A DNA stretch of 64,000 nt from Nannocystales bacterium (GTDB lineage Bacteria > Myxococcota_A > Polyangia > Nannocystales > Nannocystaceae), in assembly GCA_050633305.1 (NCBI GenBank), contig JBOEGF010000010.1, forward strand, positions 704,001 to 768,000, read 5' to 3'. Positions 42,343 through 52,686 of the stretch are shown here, piece by piece; within the stretch, counting starts at the first letter, position 1, and every line of letters begins with the position of its first letter. The notes under the pieces were generated by a model. It was given only the letters and a program-made list of their open reading frames with translations, was not told the origin of the DNA and ran no database searches. The translations under genes and the position numbers were made by a program.

Positions 42343-42381
42343 CGGCCGGTTTCGCGACAAGCGAGGCCGGCCGCTTTTATT
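42343..42381 (+). terminator. Intrinsic terminator of the 38598-42283 operon
   Basis: CGGCCGGTTTCGC-GACAA-GCGAGGCCGGCCG followed by CTTTTATT. Confidence 0.75.
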
Positions 42382-42410
42382 GTGCGCTATCATCGGGGCC
42401 TTCGCGAGGC

Positions 42411-42977
42411 GTGTACGTTCTCTTCTCGCTCCTGGTCGTCGTGTTTGGCGTTCTCTTCCTCCTCGTCGCTGCGTTCTCGGCCTACGGCATCTACGCGATG
42501 CTGCGTGCGAACCAGCGCAACCAGGCGTACCTGCGAGACGCGAAGGTGGAGGAGCCGCTCGCGCTCGAGCATCTCAGCGGGCCGTTGCGGCGGCTGGCCG
42601 AGGACGCCCGCATGCTTCGGGTCAGCTTGGAGGGGCCGATCCGCGACGTGAAGGCGCTGCGGACGGGTGAGTTCTCGCAGACGGCCGGTGCGGACATCGA
42701 GTCGTTCGACACGATGCTGATGAACCTGACCCGCGAGGTCGCGGAGTGGCTGGAGGAGGCGGCTCGTCTCCCGGAGACCGACCGGGCTCGGCTCGAAGAC
42801 CTCGGCGACGCCCCGGTTCGGGTGCGCGAAATGCTCGACCGAGAGGGAGGCTCGTTTGAGCGCCGCCACCTCCGGCGGGCCGGACAACCGCCCCTGGACG
42901 AGCGTCTAGCAGCCCTGGGCGCGGAGCTGAACCAGTTGGAGCTGGCCCTCCAGGCCAACCGCAGCGTCTACCGTTAG
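42411..42977 (+). CDS. Membrane-anchored helical hypothetical protein
   Basis: N-terminal TM, helical body, GC-biased third positions. Confidence 0.7.
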   Translation: MYVLFSLLVVVFGVLFLLVAAFSAYGIYAMLRANQRNQAYLRDAKVEEPLALEHLSGPLRRLAEDARMLRVSLEGPIRDVKALRTGEFSQTAGADIESFDTMLMNLTREVAEWLEEAARLPETDRARLEDLGDAPVRVREMLDREGGSFERRHLRRAGQPPLDERLAALGAELNQLELALQANRSVYR

Positions 42978-43173
42978 GCGGCAGACATCCTTTGCAGGGT
43001 GCACCGGTAGGGCAGCGTACCGTTGCATCCTACGACGTCGGTCTTTGTCCCAGAAACTCCCATCTGTCGGAAATCCAGTGTAGGTTCCGGCAATCGCGGG
43101 GTTGGCATGAACCTCGCTTTCTCCTTGGGTTGAAGCAACTCGCTTCGTCCTCCGTCCGAAAGAACACACCGGC

Positions 43174-43263
43174 ATGCTGACGCCCATCTCCCTGACCCTC
43201 GCGCTCCTCCTTTGCAGCCTCGTCGTTGCTGCGGCCTACATGGCTGCCGACGAGCGCGCCTAG
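43174..43263 (+). CDS. 29-aa small membrane peptide (absent from ORF track)
   Basis: MLTPISLTLALLLCSLVVAAAYMAADERA; GC-biased third positions; terminator 14 nt downstream with U tract on this strand. Confidence 0.55.
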   Translation: MLTPISLTLALLLCSLVVAAAYMAADERA

Positions 43264-43277
43264 GTCAAGACGGACAG

Positions 43278-43310
43278 AAAGCCGCCAACCCTGAGTGGGT
43301 GGCGGCTTTT
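43278..43310. terminator. Bidirectional intrinsic terminator
   Basis: AAAGCCGCCA..TGGCGGCTTTT between the small ORF and the kbl 3' end. Confidence 0.75.
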
Positions 43311-43336
43311 GCGTTGGTTCTGGAGCCGGCGCGGTC

Positions 43337-44524
<1,188 letters not shown>

Positions 44525-44687
44525 CGCCGGCGATGGTAGCAACGCCCGGCGGGGCTCCTTCGTGAGGATGCCACGAGGTCCGAGTTCCTCGTCACGGCGC
44601 CCTCTGTCGGCTGTGGGCCGCAGAAGGGACGAGCGAGGGGCCGCAGAAGGCTCTGCGTGAGACCTGGGGCGGGGGGCGAGTTGGCTG

Positions 44688-47006
44688 CTAGTTACGTTGA
44701 CCTCGCTGCGCATTGGCGGCGGCTCGGACGAGCTCGCGCCGGACGATTCGGGCGGCTTCATCTTCACTGTGCATCAGCAGTCGCTGTGCGAGCGCGAGGG
44801 CCTCGTCGACGTCTGCGGGGCGGCCCCGTTGCAGGAGGAGGCGGACTCGTAGCTCCTCGATCCGGTCGTGGTCGTACTGCGAGAGCTGATCCATCGGCGC
44901 CTCACCGAGGCTCTGCAGGGCCCCGGTCACGTCGTGGCGGGTGGCGGTGGCACGCGCCACGGCGAGGTGTGCCGGCCCCGAGGTGGGGTCGGTGGCACGG
45001 GCGAGCAGGGCGAAGTGCAGGGCGAGCGCGGGGTTGTGACGCTCGGCGGCGAGCTGCCCACGGACCAGCAGCGGGGTGGGGTCGTTGGGATGGGTCGAGG
45101 CGCGAGCCTGCGCCATGACGTCGGCGTGCTCCGTTGCGCCGGCATCTCGCAACGCTCGAACGACCAGCGAAAACGGACGCGGACGCTGGGGCGTGATGGT
45201 GGCGGCGTCGGCCGGGGTGGGGGCATGCGCGAGGACGTACTCGATGAGGGGCTGCGGGGCGGGGGTGCGCAGCCGGTCCAGGGCTTCGGTGAGCGCCTCA
45301 TCGCTGCGCTCGTGATCCCCCTGCCGTGTGTAGACCTCCGCAAGCACGAGGCGTGCATCGATGGATGCCTCTCGGGTGCGGGCGCCAAACGTCGCGTGGT
45401 GCTCGGCGGAGCCCGTGTCCTGCTCGTGTAGAGCCTGCCGAGCGGCGAGTACGTGAAGCTCGCCCGACAACGGGCGCCACCACATCGAACGTTGGCGGGT
45501 CGTCTCCTGTCCGACGGCGGCTTGGTCGGTCGCAGACTCGTAGACCCACGTTTGTGGTGACACGGCCACCACAGCGGTGACGCCGACGACAGCGGCGACG
45601 GCGGTGAAGATCGCGGTGTGGCGTTTGGGTAACGCGGGTCCGGAGTGGCGGGACAGCGCACCGACGAGCGCTGCGAGCGGTGCTGCAACCCCGATGAATT
45701 CCAAGGAGAAGTCCCCGAGACTCTGAAGGCCTAGCGCGGCGATGCCGAGCAACAGCAGGATTCGTGGCCGGCGCTCGCGGGGAGTGGATTGAGCCCGAAG
45801 CGCGACGAGCCACCACGTGAGCGCACCGAGAAGGGCGAGACCACCGACCAGGGGACCCCACTCGACCACCGCGGTCATCGGTACGGATTCGAGATGGGTG
45901 TACAGCCGCTGCGACCCGGGTGCTTGCAGGGGGAACAGGTCGATGAACGTTCCGCGCCCGGTCCCAAAGACTGGGCTGCGGCCGAGCAGTCCGGCGGCCT
46001 CCATCGTGGGCCCAAGCTTCTCGGTCCAGGTCCTGCCGGGGTCGTCGAACAATGTGAGCAGCTCGGCTCCCGCTCCGTGGCGTCCGACAGCGATCGTGAC
46101 CGCGGCGATGACGGTCGCGCCGATGAGGAGCGGCGCCTTGCGGGGCGGGGTTGCCGAGGAACTCCGGCTGGTGGGGCGACCGCGTAGCGCGACGACCAAG
46201 CCGATGGGGCCGGTGAGGGCGAGCGCGAGCAGAGCCCCGCGGGACAATGACAAGAGCAGTGCTGACAGGAGCAGGGCAACAGCGCCGAGCAGCGCCACGC
46301 CCCGGTCTCGGCGTTGATCCACCTTGCTAGCGTCGCGAGCGGTCCTCGCTCCATGGAACTGGTCCACCGCGAGCGCGGCCGCGGCGAACAGCGCCAGCAG
46401 CAGCAGACCGGACTGATGGTTCGGGTTGACGAAGGTGGTGACGAGCGCGGTGCGGGTGCCGAGGTTGGTGTGGATGGGCGCGTACAGGCCGAAGATCTTC
46501 GTCGCGCCGGTCAGCGCGTGGATGAATCCAACCCCGGCGACCAGGACTCCCGTCGCCGAGACGGCGAGTGCGGACAACCGCCAGCTGAGCTGGCCAGCGG
46601 CGAGTGCGAGTCCGCCAAGCCCGATCAGCCGGATGACTTCGAGGAGCGTGTCGGCGGGACGGACCGAGACGCTGGAGGCCGCGGTGAGCTCGCCGGGCCC
46701 CATCGCCTCGGTCACCCAACTCGCAAGCGTCGGGGCGGCCCAGGCTCGCATGCCGGGCACCGGGAGCGCAGCTAGCGCGGTCCATCCTGCGAGGGCGAGG
46801 AGTACCCATGTGACCCGAGGGCACCGCGGTGTGGACTGGGTGCCGAGCCGCAAGACGAGCGCACCGACGACGACGATCCACGCCGCAAGCACCGGTGGGT
46901 GTACGCCTCCCAGCGCGAGTGCAGGCCCTGCGATGGCGAGCCCAAGCAAGCTACGCGTCCAGCCGAACCTGCCTCCGGTCGATCGCTGTCCGGAACCTCT
47001 TGCCAC
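44688..47006 (-). CDS. O-antigen ligase-like (Wzy_C) membrane protein with TPR-like C-terminus
   Basis: [31 protein letters not shown]; helical repeats at the C-terminus. Confidence 0.85.
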   Translation of the reverse strand: MARGSGQRSTGGRFGWTRSLLGLAIAGPALALGGVHPPVLAAWIVVVGALVLRLGTQSTPRCPRVTWVLLALAGWTALAALPVPGMRAWAAPTLASWVTEAMGPGELTAASSVSVRPADTLLEVIRLIGLGGLALAAGQLSWRLSALAVSATGVLVAGVGFIHALTGATKIFGLYAPIHTNLGTRTALVTTFVNPNHQSGLLLLALFAAAALAVDQFHGARTARDASKVDQRRDRGVALLGAVALLLSALLLSLSRGALLALALTGPIGLVVALRGRPTSRSSSATPPRKAPLLIGATVIAAVTIAVGRHGAGAELLTLFDDPGRTWTEKLGPTMEAAGLLGRSPVFGTGRGTFIDLFPLQAPGSQRLYTHLESVPMTAVVEWGPLVGGLALLGALTWWLVALRAQSTPRERRPRILLLLGIAALGLQSLGDFSLEFIGVAAPLAALVGALSRHSGPALPKRHTAIFTAVAAVVGVTAVVAVSPQTWVYESATDQAAVGQETTRQRSMWWRPLSGELHVLAARQALHEQDTGSAEHHATFGARTREASIDARLVLAEVYTRQGDHERSDEALTEALDRLRTPAPQPLIEYVLAHAPTPADAATITPQRPRPFSLVVRALRDAGATEHADVMAQARASTHPNDPTPLLVRGQLAAERHNPALALHFALLARATDPTSGPAHLAVARATATRHDVTGALQSLGEAPMDQLSQYDHDRIEELRVRLLLQRGRPADVDEALALAQRLLMHSEDEAARIVRRELVRAAANAQRGQRN

Positions 47007-47101
47007 GTCGCGAGCGTAGCTTGAACGTCGCGGAACACGAATGCCGAATCGAGCGAACCCAGGATTGCTCGCGGCTCGATCCTCCTCCATACCCAACCAC
47101 G

Positions 47102-48295
47102 ATGCTCGCGATCGATGGAGGCTCTCCGGTGCGAACTCTGCCCTGGCCCGCGTGGCCGCAGTTTGAGCTCGACGAACGTGATGCGGTCGCCGAGGTGTTG
47201 GTCAGCGGGCGGGTCAACTATTGGACGGGAACCCGGGGGCGAGCGTTCGAACGGGCGTTCGCGGAGTACACGGGCGTACCGCATGGCATCGCCGTTTCCA
47301 ACGGCACGGTCGCGATCGAAGTCGCGCTCCAGGGGTTGGGTATCGGAGCGGGTGACGAGGTGATCGTTCCCAGCTGTACCTTTGTGGCGACCGCCAGTGC
47401 CGTCATGCGGCTGGGTGCGCGGCCCGTGTTCGCAGACCTGTGCCCCCGCAGCGGCAATCTGACGCCGCAGAGTGTCGACGCCGTGGCGACCGGACGCACA
47501 CGGGCGGTGATCGCCGTTCACCTCGGGGGCTGGCCTGCGCGGGTCGTGGAACTCGCCGAGTTGTGCCGAAACCGCGGGTACGCGTTCATCGAAGACTGCG
47601 CGCAGGCTCACGGAGCGGCGGTTGGCGGCCGGCGTGTCGGGTCGTTCTCCGACGTGGCCGCGTTCTCGTTCTGCCAGGACAAGATCATGACCACCGCGGG
47701 GGAAGGAGGCATGGTCGTGGCGCAGGACGAGACGCTCGCGCGTATGATTTGGAGCGCCAAAGACCACGGTAAGAGCTGGGAGGCGGTGTACGAGAGGGAC
47801 CACCCGCCGGGCTTTCGTTGGCTGCACGAGACGGTGGGGACCAACGGACGCATGACCGAGCTTCAGGCCGCGGTGGGGTTGTGTCAGCTCGAAAAACTGG
47901 ACACCTGGGTCTCCCTGCGGCGGGAGCACGCGGCGCGATTGCAGCAGGCCCTGAGCCGCTACCCGTCGTTCGACACGCCTGTGCCGCCCGATGACGTCGA
48001 TGCGTCCTACTACCGCCTCTACACCCGGGTTCGCCCGGAGGCCCTGGCGCCTGGGTGGGACCGGGACCGACTGATGGTCGCGCTCGAGGCCGAAGGGCTA
48101 CCGTGCCGGGTCGGAAGCTGCGCCGAGATTTACCGGGAGAAGGTGTTTGACGGGCTCCCACGGCCCGAACTTCCCGTCGCCGCGCAACTCGCTCGCGTCG
48201 CGCTGTCGTTCACGACGCACCCGACGCTGGACGAGGACGCGCTCGCAGATGCCGAGCGAATCCTGGACAAGGTCATGGCCGTGGCGGCGGGCTGA
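47102..48295 (+). CDS. DegT/DnrJ/EryC1/StrS sugar aminotransferase
   Basis: SNGTVA, GDEVIVP..TFVATA, IEDCAQAHGA, FSFCQDKIMTTAGEGG, G.NGRMTELQAA. Confidence 0.95.
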   Translation: MLAIDGGSPVRTLPWPAWPQFELDERDAVAEVLVSGRVNYWTGTRGRAFERAFAEYTGVPHGIAVSNGTVAIEVALQGLGIGAGDEVIVPSCTFVATASAVMRLGARPVFADLCPRSGNLTPQSVDAVATGRTRAVIAVHLGGWPARVVELAELCRNRGYAFIEDCAQAHGAAVGGRRVGSFSDVAAFSFCQDKIMTTAGEGGMVVAQDETLARMIWSAKDHGKSWEAVYERDHPPGFRWLHETVGTNGRMTELQAAVGLCQLEKLDTWVSLRREHAARLQQALSRYPSFDTPVPPDDVDASYYRLYTRVRPEALAPGWDRDRLMVALEAEGLPCRVGSCAEIYREKVFDGLPRPELPVAAQLARVALSFTTHPTLDEDALADAERILDKVMAVAAG

Positions 48296-48340
48296 ATCTT
48301 TTTTCACGGAACTCGTGGGCCTCGTGCACGAACCCACGAG

Positions 48341-49675
48341 GTGAACGACGACGGGTATGCACGCCGCGGTAAGCGGGTGCTCGACGTCGCAGTGTCCGGT
48401 GCTGCATTGGCCGTGTCTTGGCCGATGATGCTGGGTGTCGCGGCGCTCGTGCGGACGCAGTTGGGCGCTCCGGTGCTGTTTCGGCAGCGCAGGCCGGGGC
48501 GGGACGGCCGGCCGTTCACGATCCTGAAGTTCCGTACCATGACCGACGAGCGCGGCCCCGACGGCGCCCTTCTCAGCGACACACAACGGCTCACCGCCTT
48601 CGGACGTTGGCTTCGGCGCAGCAGCCTCGACGAGCTTCCGGAGCTGATCAACGTCCTGCGTGGAGACATGAGCCTGGTGGGTCCACGTCCTCTGCTCGAC
48701 CGCTATCGGCCGTTCTTCTCGACCCGGGAGCGAACGCGGGAGTCGGTACGGCCGGGGATCACGGGGCTTGCCCAGGTGTTGGGGCGCAACCATCTCCCGT
48801 GGAGTGATCGGCTCGAAGCCGATGCGCGCTACGTCGAAACGATGAGCTTGGGGCGTGACCTCCGGGTCCTCCTCGACACGGTGCTCGCGGTTGCGAGTGC
48901 CCGCGGTGTGGAGCACGACGCTCCGGCGGCGATGGACGACCTCAACGTCGAGCGGGAACTTCGAATCGCGAACCTCGGGCCAGAGCACGCGGATGCGCTC
49001 GTCGATCTTCATCGAGCATCGTTCGAACCCGCCGAACTCGAAACCACGATCTTCGCGGGGCACGGCGTTGCGCGTTACTACGCCGACGTTCTCGGCCAGG
49101 ACGGGGAGCACAGCGCCGTTGGGGCGTTCGAGTCCGGAACCCTCGTGGGTTACGCACACATCCGAGAGCAAGCAGGGCGCTCCCACCTCAACCAGATCGC
49201 GACCTCCCCAAGCGCCCAAGGGCGTGGTGTGGGGCGGGCGCTCTTCGAGGCTTGGCAGAGACAAGCGCGGTCACCCGTGTTGAGCTTGGATGTTCGCGAG
49301 GGGACCCCAGCCGCAGCCTGGTACCGTCGACGCGGCTTCCAGTCCCGCACCCGGGCGGTCCTGTGGCGGATCCCTCCGGCTCGCGATCCCGACGCTCAGA
49401 TGGGCTACTTGGAGGCGTCGGATGAAGACGTCGCGCGGCATCGTCGGTACGGCTTCTCACGTGCGGTACTGCGAGGTGCGAGGCAGCCGTTGGTCGTTGG
49501 ATGCGTGGGGTCCCACGAACTCCGCATCGAAGCCGGATGCCCCCCTGACGCGCTCGAGGCCGCTCGGAGCGCGGTTCCACAGCGACGGCTGCTCGTGGTC
49601 GGGGACAGGCAGCCACCGCTCCACGACGCACAGCGGCTTCACACCGTTCTTCGGATGGAACGGAACGCCTCATGA
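48341..49675 (+). CDS. PglC-type phosphoglycosyl transferase fused to a GNAT domain
   Basis: KRVLD, FRQRRPG, KFRTM, SLDELPELINVLRGDMSLVGPRP; then QGRGVG..A..WYRRRGF. Confidence 0.9.
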   Translation: MNDDGYARRGKRVLDVAVSGAALAVSWPMMLGVAALVRTQLGAPVLFRQRRPGRDGRPFTILKFRTMTDERGPDGALLSDTQRLTAFGRWLRRSSLDELPELINVLRGDMSLVGPRPLLDRYRPFFSTRERTRESVRPGITGLAQVLGRNHLPWSDRLEADARYVETMSLGRDLRVLLDTVLAVASARGVEHDAPAAMDDLNVERELRIANLGPEHADALVDLHRASFEPAELETTIFAGHGVARYYADVLGQDGEHSAVGAFESGTLVGYAHIREQAGRSHLNQIATSPSAQGRGVGRALFEAWQRQARSPVLSLDVREGTPAAAWYRRRGFQSRTRAVLWRIPPARDPDAQMGYLEASDEDVARHRRYGFSRAVLRGARQPLVVGCVGSHELRIEAGCPPDALEAARSAVPQRRLLVVGDRQPPLHDAQRLHTVLRMERNAS

Positions 49676-50727
49676 ATGCGCCCGTGACCGCAGAGCCTCT
49701 TCGGGAGCATCGCGTCCAGGAGCACGGATGGATCGGTCTGGAGGATGAGGCCGCGTGGGACGAGGCGATCGACGCCGCGGGAGCGGATGTTTTCCACCGG
49801 TCGTGGTTTCACCGACTGGCGCGACTTCGAGGAGAGGGGGAGCCGCAGCTCTTCGTGTGGCGAACCGCTTCGGTGCTGGTGGTCGTGCCGATGCTGTTTC
49901 GCGACATCCCTGGCGGCGTGGGCTGCGATGTCAGCAGTGTCTACGGGTACGTCGGCCCGGCGGTTCGTGGCGCGCCGCGGCCTGGCGATGTCGCCCAGTT
50001 TCGCAGCAGCTTGCGCCGGGCCCTGGAAGATCGAGGGGTGGTGAGCGTGTTCTCTCGGCTGCACCCGCTGCGCGACCGACGGGGCTGGATCGAAGGCCTG
50101 GGGACGCTCGAGTCCTGCGGCCGCACGTTGGCGGTGCCGTTGACCGGGCGATCAGAGGACGACGTGCAATCGGGCTACCGCGGGAGCCACCGACGCGAGA
50201 TCGCACGACTGCGGAACAACGGCTACGCGGTCCAAAGCGAGGCGGAGTCCGTCGATGCGTTCCATGACCTCTACGCCGCTGCCATGGCTCGGTTGGGCGC
50301 TGGGAGCCGGTACACGTTCTCTCCCACGCATCTCCGGATGCTCATCGACGACGGCGGTATGAACCTGCTCGTGGTGCGTCGCGGGGCCGAGGTCGCGGCT
50401 GCAGGCCTGTTCACACGCGGCGAGCTGGGGTCGCACTACTTCCTCTCGGGGACGCACCCTGAGCATCGGAAACTCGCGCCGTCGAAGTTGCTGGTTCACG
50501 CGGGCTGCTGTTGGGCACGACAGCGGGGCGCGGCGTGGATGCACCTCGGTGGTGGTGTGGGCGGAGCCCAGGACTCGCTGTTTCGATTCAAGGCCGGCTT
50601 CGGAGCCCAGTCGCATGCCTTTCATACATGGCGTTGGGTGGTGGATCCCGATCGCTATCGGTGGCACTGCGCGCGCGTTGGGGCCGAGAACTCGTCCGAC
50701 TTTTTTCCTGCGTACCGGCGCCCTTAA
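49672..50727 (+). CDS. FemAB/Acetyltransf_6-like GNAT protein
   Basis: SVYGYVGP, FSRLHP, HYFLSGT, HLGGG....DSLFRFKAGF, FFPAYR. Confidence 0.88.
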   Translation: MNAPVTAEPLREHRVQEHGWIGLEDEAAWDEAIDAAGADVFHRSWFHRLARLRGEGEPQLFVWRTASVLVVVPMLFRDIPGGVGCDVSSVYGYVGPAVRGAPRPGDVAQFRSSLRRALEDRGVVSVFSRLHPLRDRRGWIEGLGTLESCGRTLAVPLTGRSEDDVQSGYRGSHRREIARLRNNGYAVQSEAESVDAFHDLYAAAMARLGAGSRYTFSPTHLRMLIDDGGMNLLVVRRGAEVAAAGLFTRGELGSHYFLSGTHPEHRKLAPSKLLVHAGCCWARQRGAAWMHLGGGVGGAQDSLFRFKAGFGAQSHAFHTWRWVVDPDRYRWHCARVGAENSSDFFPAYRRP

Positions 50728-50775
50728 AAGTTCACGGGATCGCGTGGCTCGCCGCACTCCTTGGCGCGTACTTCG

Positions 50776-52686
50776 ATGGTTGGCAACGCGAACGGAAGCT
50801 TCGTCTCTCGGTGTAGAAGCGCCAGGGGCGAGCTCGGGTGGAAACACCTTCTGGACGGAGGGGTCGTCCTGGTCGGGGTGTTCTTCGCGTACTTCGCTCG
50901 CTTCGAAGCCGTGCCGCCACCGGTCTACGCCACGCAGGCACTGCTGGTGCTTCCCTTGCTGGCGATCAGCCGCGTGTTCGTTCTGCACTACGCGGGGGTG
51001 TATCGGCGGAGCTGGCGTGACACCGACCTCGGCGATGCTATCCAGCTCAGCTTGTTTCACGGCAGCATCTCCGGCGCGCTCATCGTGGTTCGGTTTGCGG
51101 GCCCGCACCTGTTCGCGGACCTCACCCCGGTACCCCTTTCGGTGATCGGCATCGAAGGACTGTTCGCGCTGGGTGGAGGCGCTGCGGTGCGCTCATGGAC
51201 CCGGCGTTCCCACGAACGCGGGAGGAGCTCGATCGATGCTCATGTGGCGACCAAGCGGGCGCTGCTCGTGGGGGCCGGCCGGGAGGGCTGCTACACCGCG
51301 CGTGGCCTCGAAGCGCGCACCGAACTCGGGTACTCGGTGGTGGGGTTCCTCGATGACGAGCGCCGCCGGGGAGAGGTTGTCGGAGGCGTCGAGGTGCTGG
51401 GATCAACGAGGGACCTGCCCGATGTCGCGGAGCGCTTGGGCATCGATCTGGCCGTGCTGACACACGGTGGTCCGAGCGCACGGTTGGTGCAGGACTTCAT
51501 CGTCCAGTGCAAGTCGGCCGGTATTTCGGCACACACCATCCCTCCACTCCCCGACCTGCTCTCGGGTCGCAGGTCGTTGTCCCAGATTCGCCCGCTCGAC
51601 CTCGCCGAGTTGCTCGGGCGCGACGAAGTCGACTTCTCGGCCTCAAGCTGGCGCCGGGTCGCCGACGTCTGCAAAGGTCGGCGTGTCCTCGTGACCGGTG
51701 CTGGCGGGTCGATCGGATCCGAACTCTGCCGACAGTTGGCAGCGCTGCAGCCCGAGCGGATCGTGCTGGTCGACAACAACGAGAACAACCTCTTCGACAT
51801 CGACAACGAGATCCGACGCATCGGCCGCGATGTCGGGCACGCATGTTTGGCCGACATTCGTGACCGTCAGGACCTTCGCCGAGTGTTCGAGGCACACAAG
51901 CCGGAGCTGGTGTTCCACGCGGCGGCGTTCAAGCACGTGCCCATGATGGAGTTTCACCCCTCGGCGGGCGTCCTCAACAACGTCATGGGAACGCGGCTGT
52001 TGTCGGAGGTGGCGCGCGAGAACGGTGTCCAGCGTCTGGTCATGGTCTCGACCGACAAAGCGGTGCGTCCGACCAACGTGATGGGCGCGACGAAACAGGT
52101 CGCGGAGAAAATCGTGCAGTCGAGCAACGCGGGCGAGGCGATGCGGGCGTGTGTCGTTCGTTTTGGCAATGTGCTCGGGTCTCGGGGGTCGGTGTTCCAC
52201 ACGTTTGCCTCGCAGATCGACCGCGGCGGTCCCGTCACGGTGACGCACCCCGAGATCACTCGATTCTTCATGACGATCCCCGAGGCGGTGCGTCTGGTGA
52301 TTCAGGCCGTGTCCGTTGCTGAGGGAGGCGAGGTCTTCTTGCTGGAGATGGGCGAGCCGGTCGCCATCATGGATCTCGCCAAGCAGATGATCGAGTTGTC
52401 CGGCGGGAGTGCCCAGGACATGCCCATCGTCTTCACCGGCCTGCGCCCTGGGGAAAAACTCCACGAGGAGTTGGTCTACGAACACGAGGAGACCGTCGAC
52501 TGCGACGTCGATGGGCTGCTCGTGGCGCGAGGGGAGCAGGTCGACGAGGGCGCCGTTCGGTACGCGGTCGCGGGTCTCGAGCGCGCAGCTAGGCAGGGCG
52601 ATGACCTCGACGTTCGCGACCGGCTGGCGTCGTTCACCGACTGTCCGGTCATCTCCACGCGTCCCCAGCTTCGAGAAGCGCGTTGA
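50776..52686 (+). CDS. Membrane UDP-GlcNAc 4,6-dehydratase (PglF/CapD/WbpM type)
   Basis: N-terminal TMs; VTGAGGSIGSELCRQ, FHAAAFKHVP, STDKAVRPTNVMGATK, VRFGNVLGSRGS, GLRPGEKL; start approximate. Confidence 0.95.
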   Translation: MVGNANGSFVSRCRSARGELGWKHLLDGGVVLVGVFFAYFARFEAVPPPVYATQALLVLPLLAISRVFVLHYAGVYRRSWRDTDLGDAIQLSLFHGSISGALIVVRFAGPHLFADLTPVPLSVIGIEGLFALGGGAAVRSWTRRSHERGRSSIDAHVATKRALLVGAGREGCYTARGLEARTELGYSVVGFLDDERRRGEVVGGVEVLGSTRDLPDVAERLGIDLAVLTHGGPSARLVQDFIVQCKSAGISAHTIPPLPDLLSGRRSLSQIRPLDLAELLGRDEVDFSASSWRRVADVCKGRRVLVTGAGGSIGSELCRQLAALQPERIVLVDNNENNLFDIDNEIRRIGRDVGHACLADIRDRQDLRRVFEAHKPELVFHAAAFKHVPMMEFHPSAGVLNNVMGTRLLSEVARENGVQRLVMVSTDKAVRPTNVMGATKQVAEKIVQSSNAGEAMRACVVRFGNVLGSRGSVFHTFASQIDRGGPVTVTHPEITRFFMTIPEAVRLVIQAVSVAEGGEVFLLEMGEPVAIMDLAKQMIELSGGSAQDMPIVFTGLRPGEKLHEELVYEHEETVDCDVDGLLVARGEQVDEGAVRYAVAGLERAARQGDDLDVRDRLASFTDCPVISTRPQLREAR

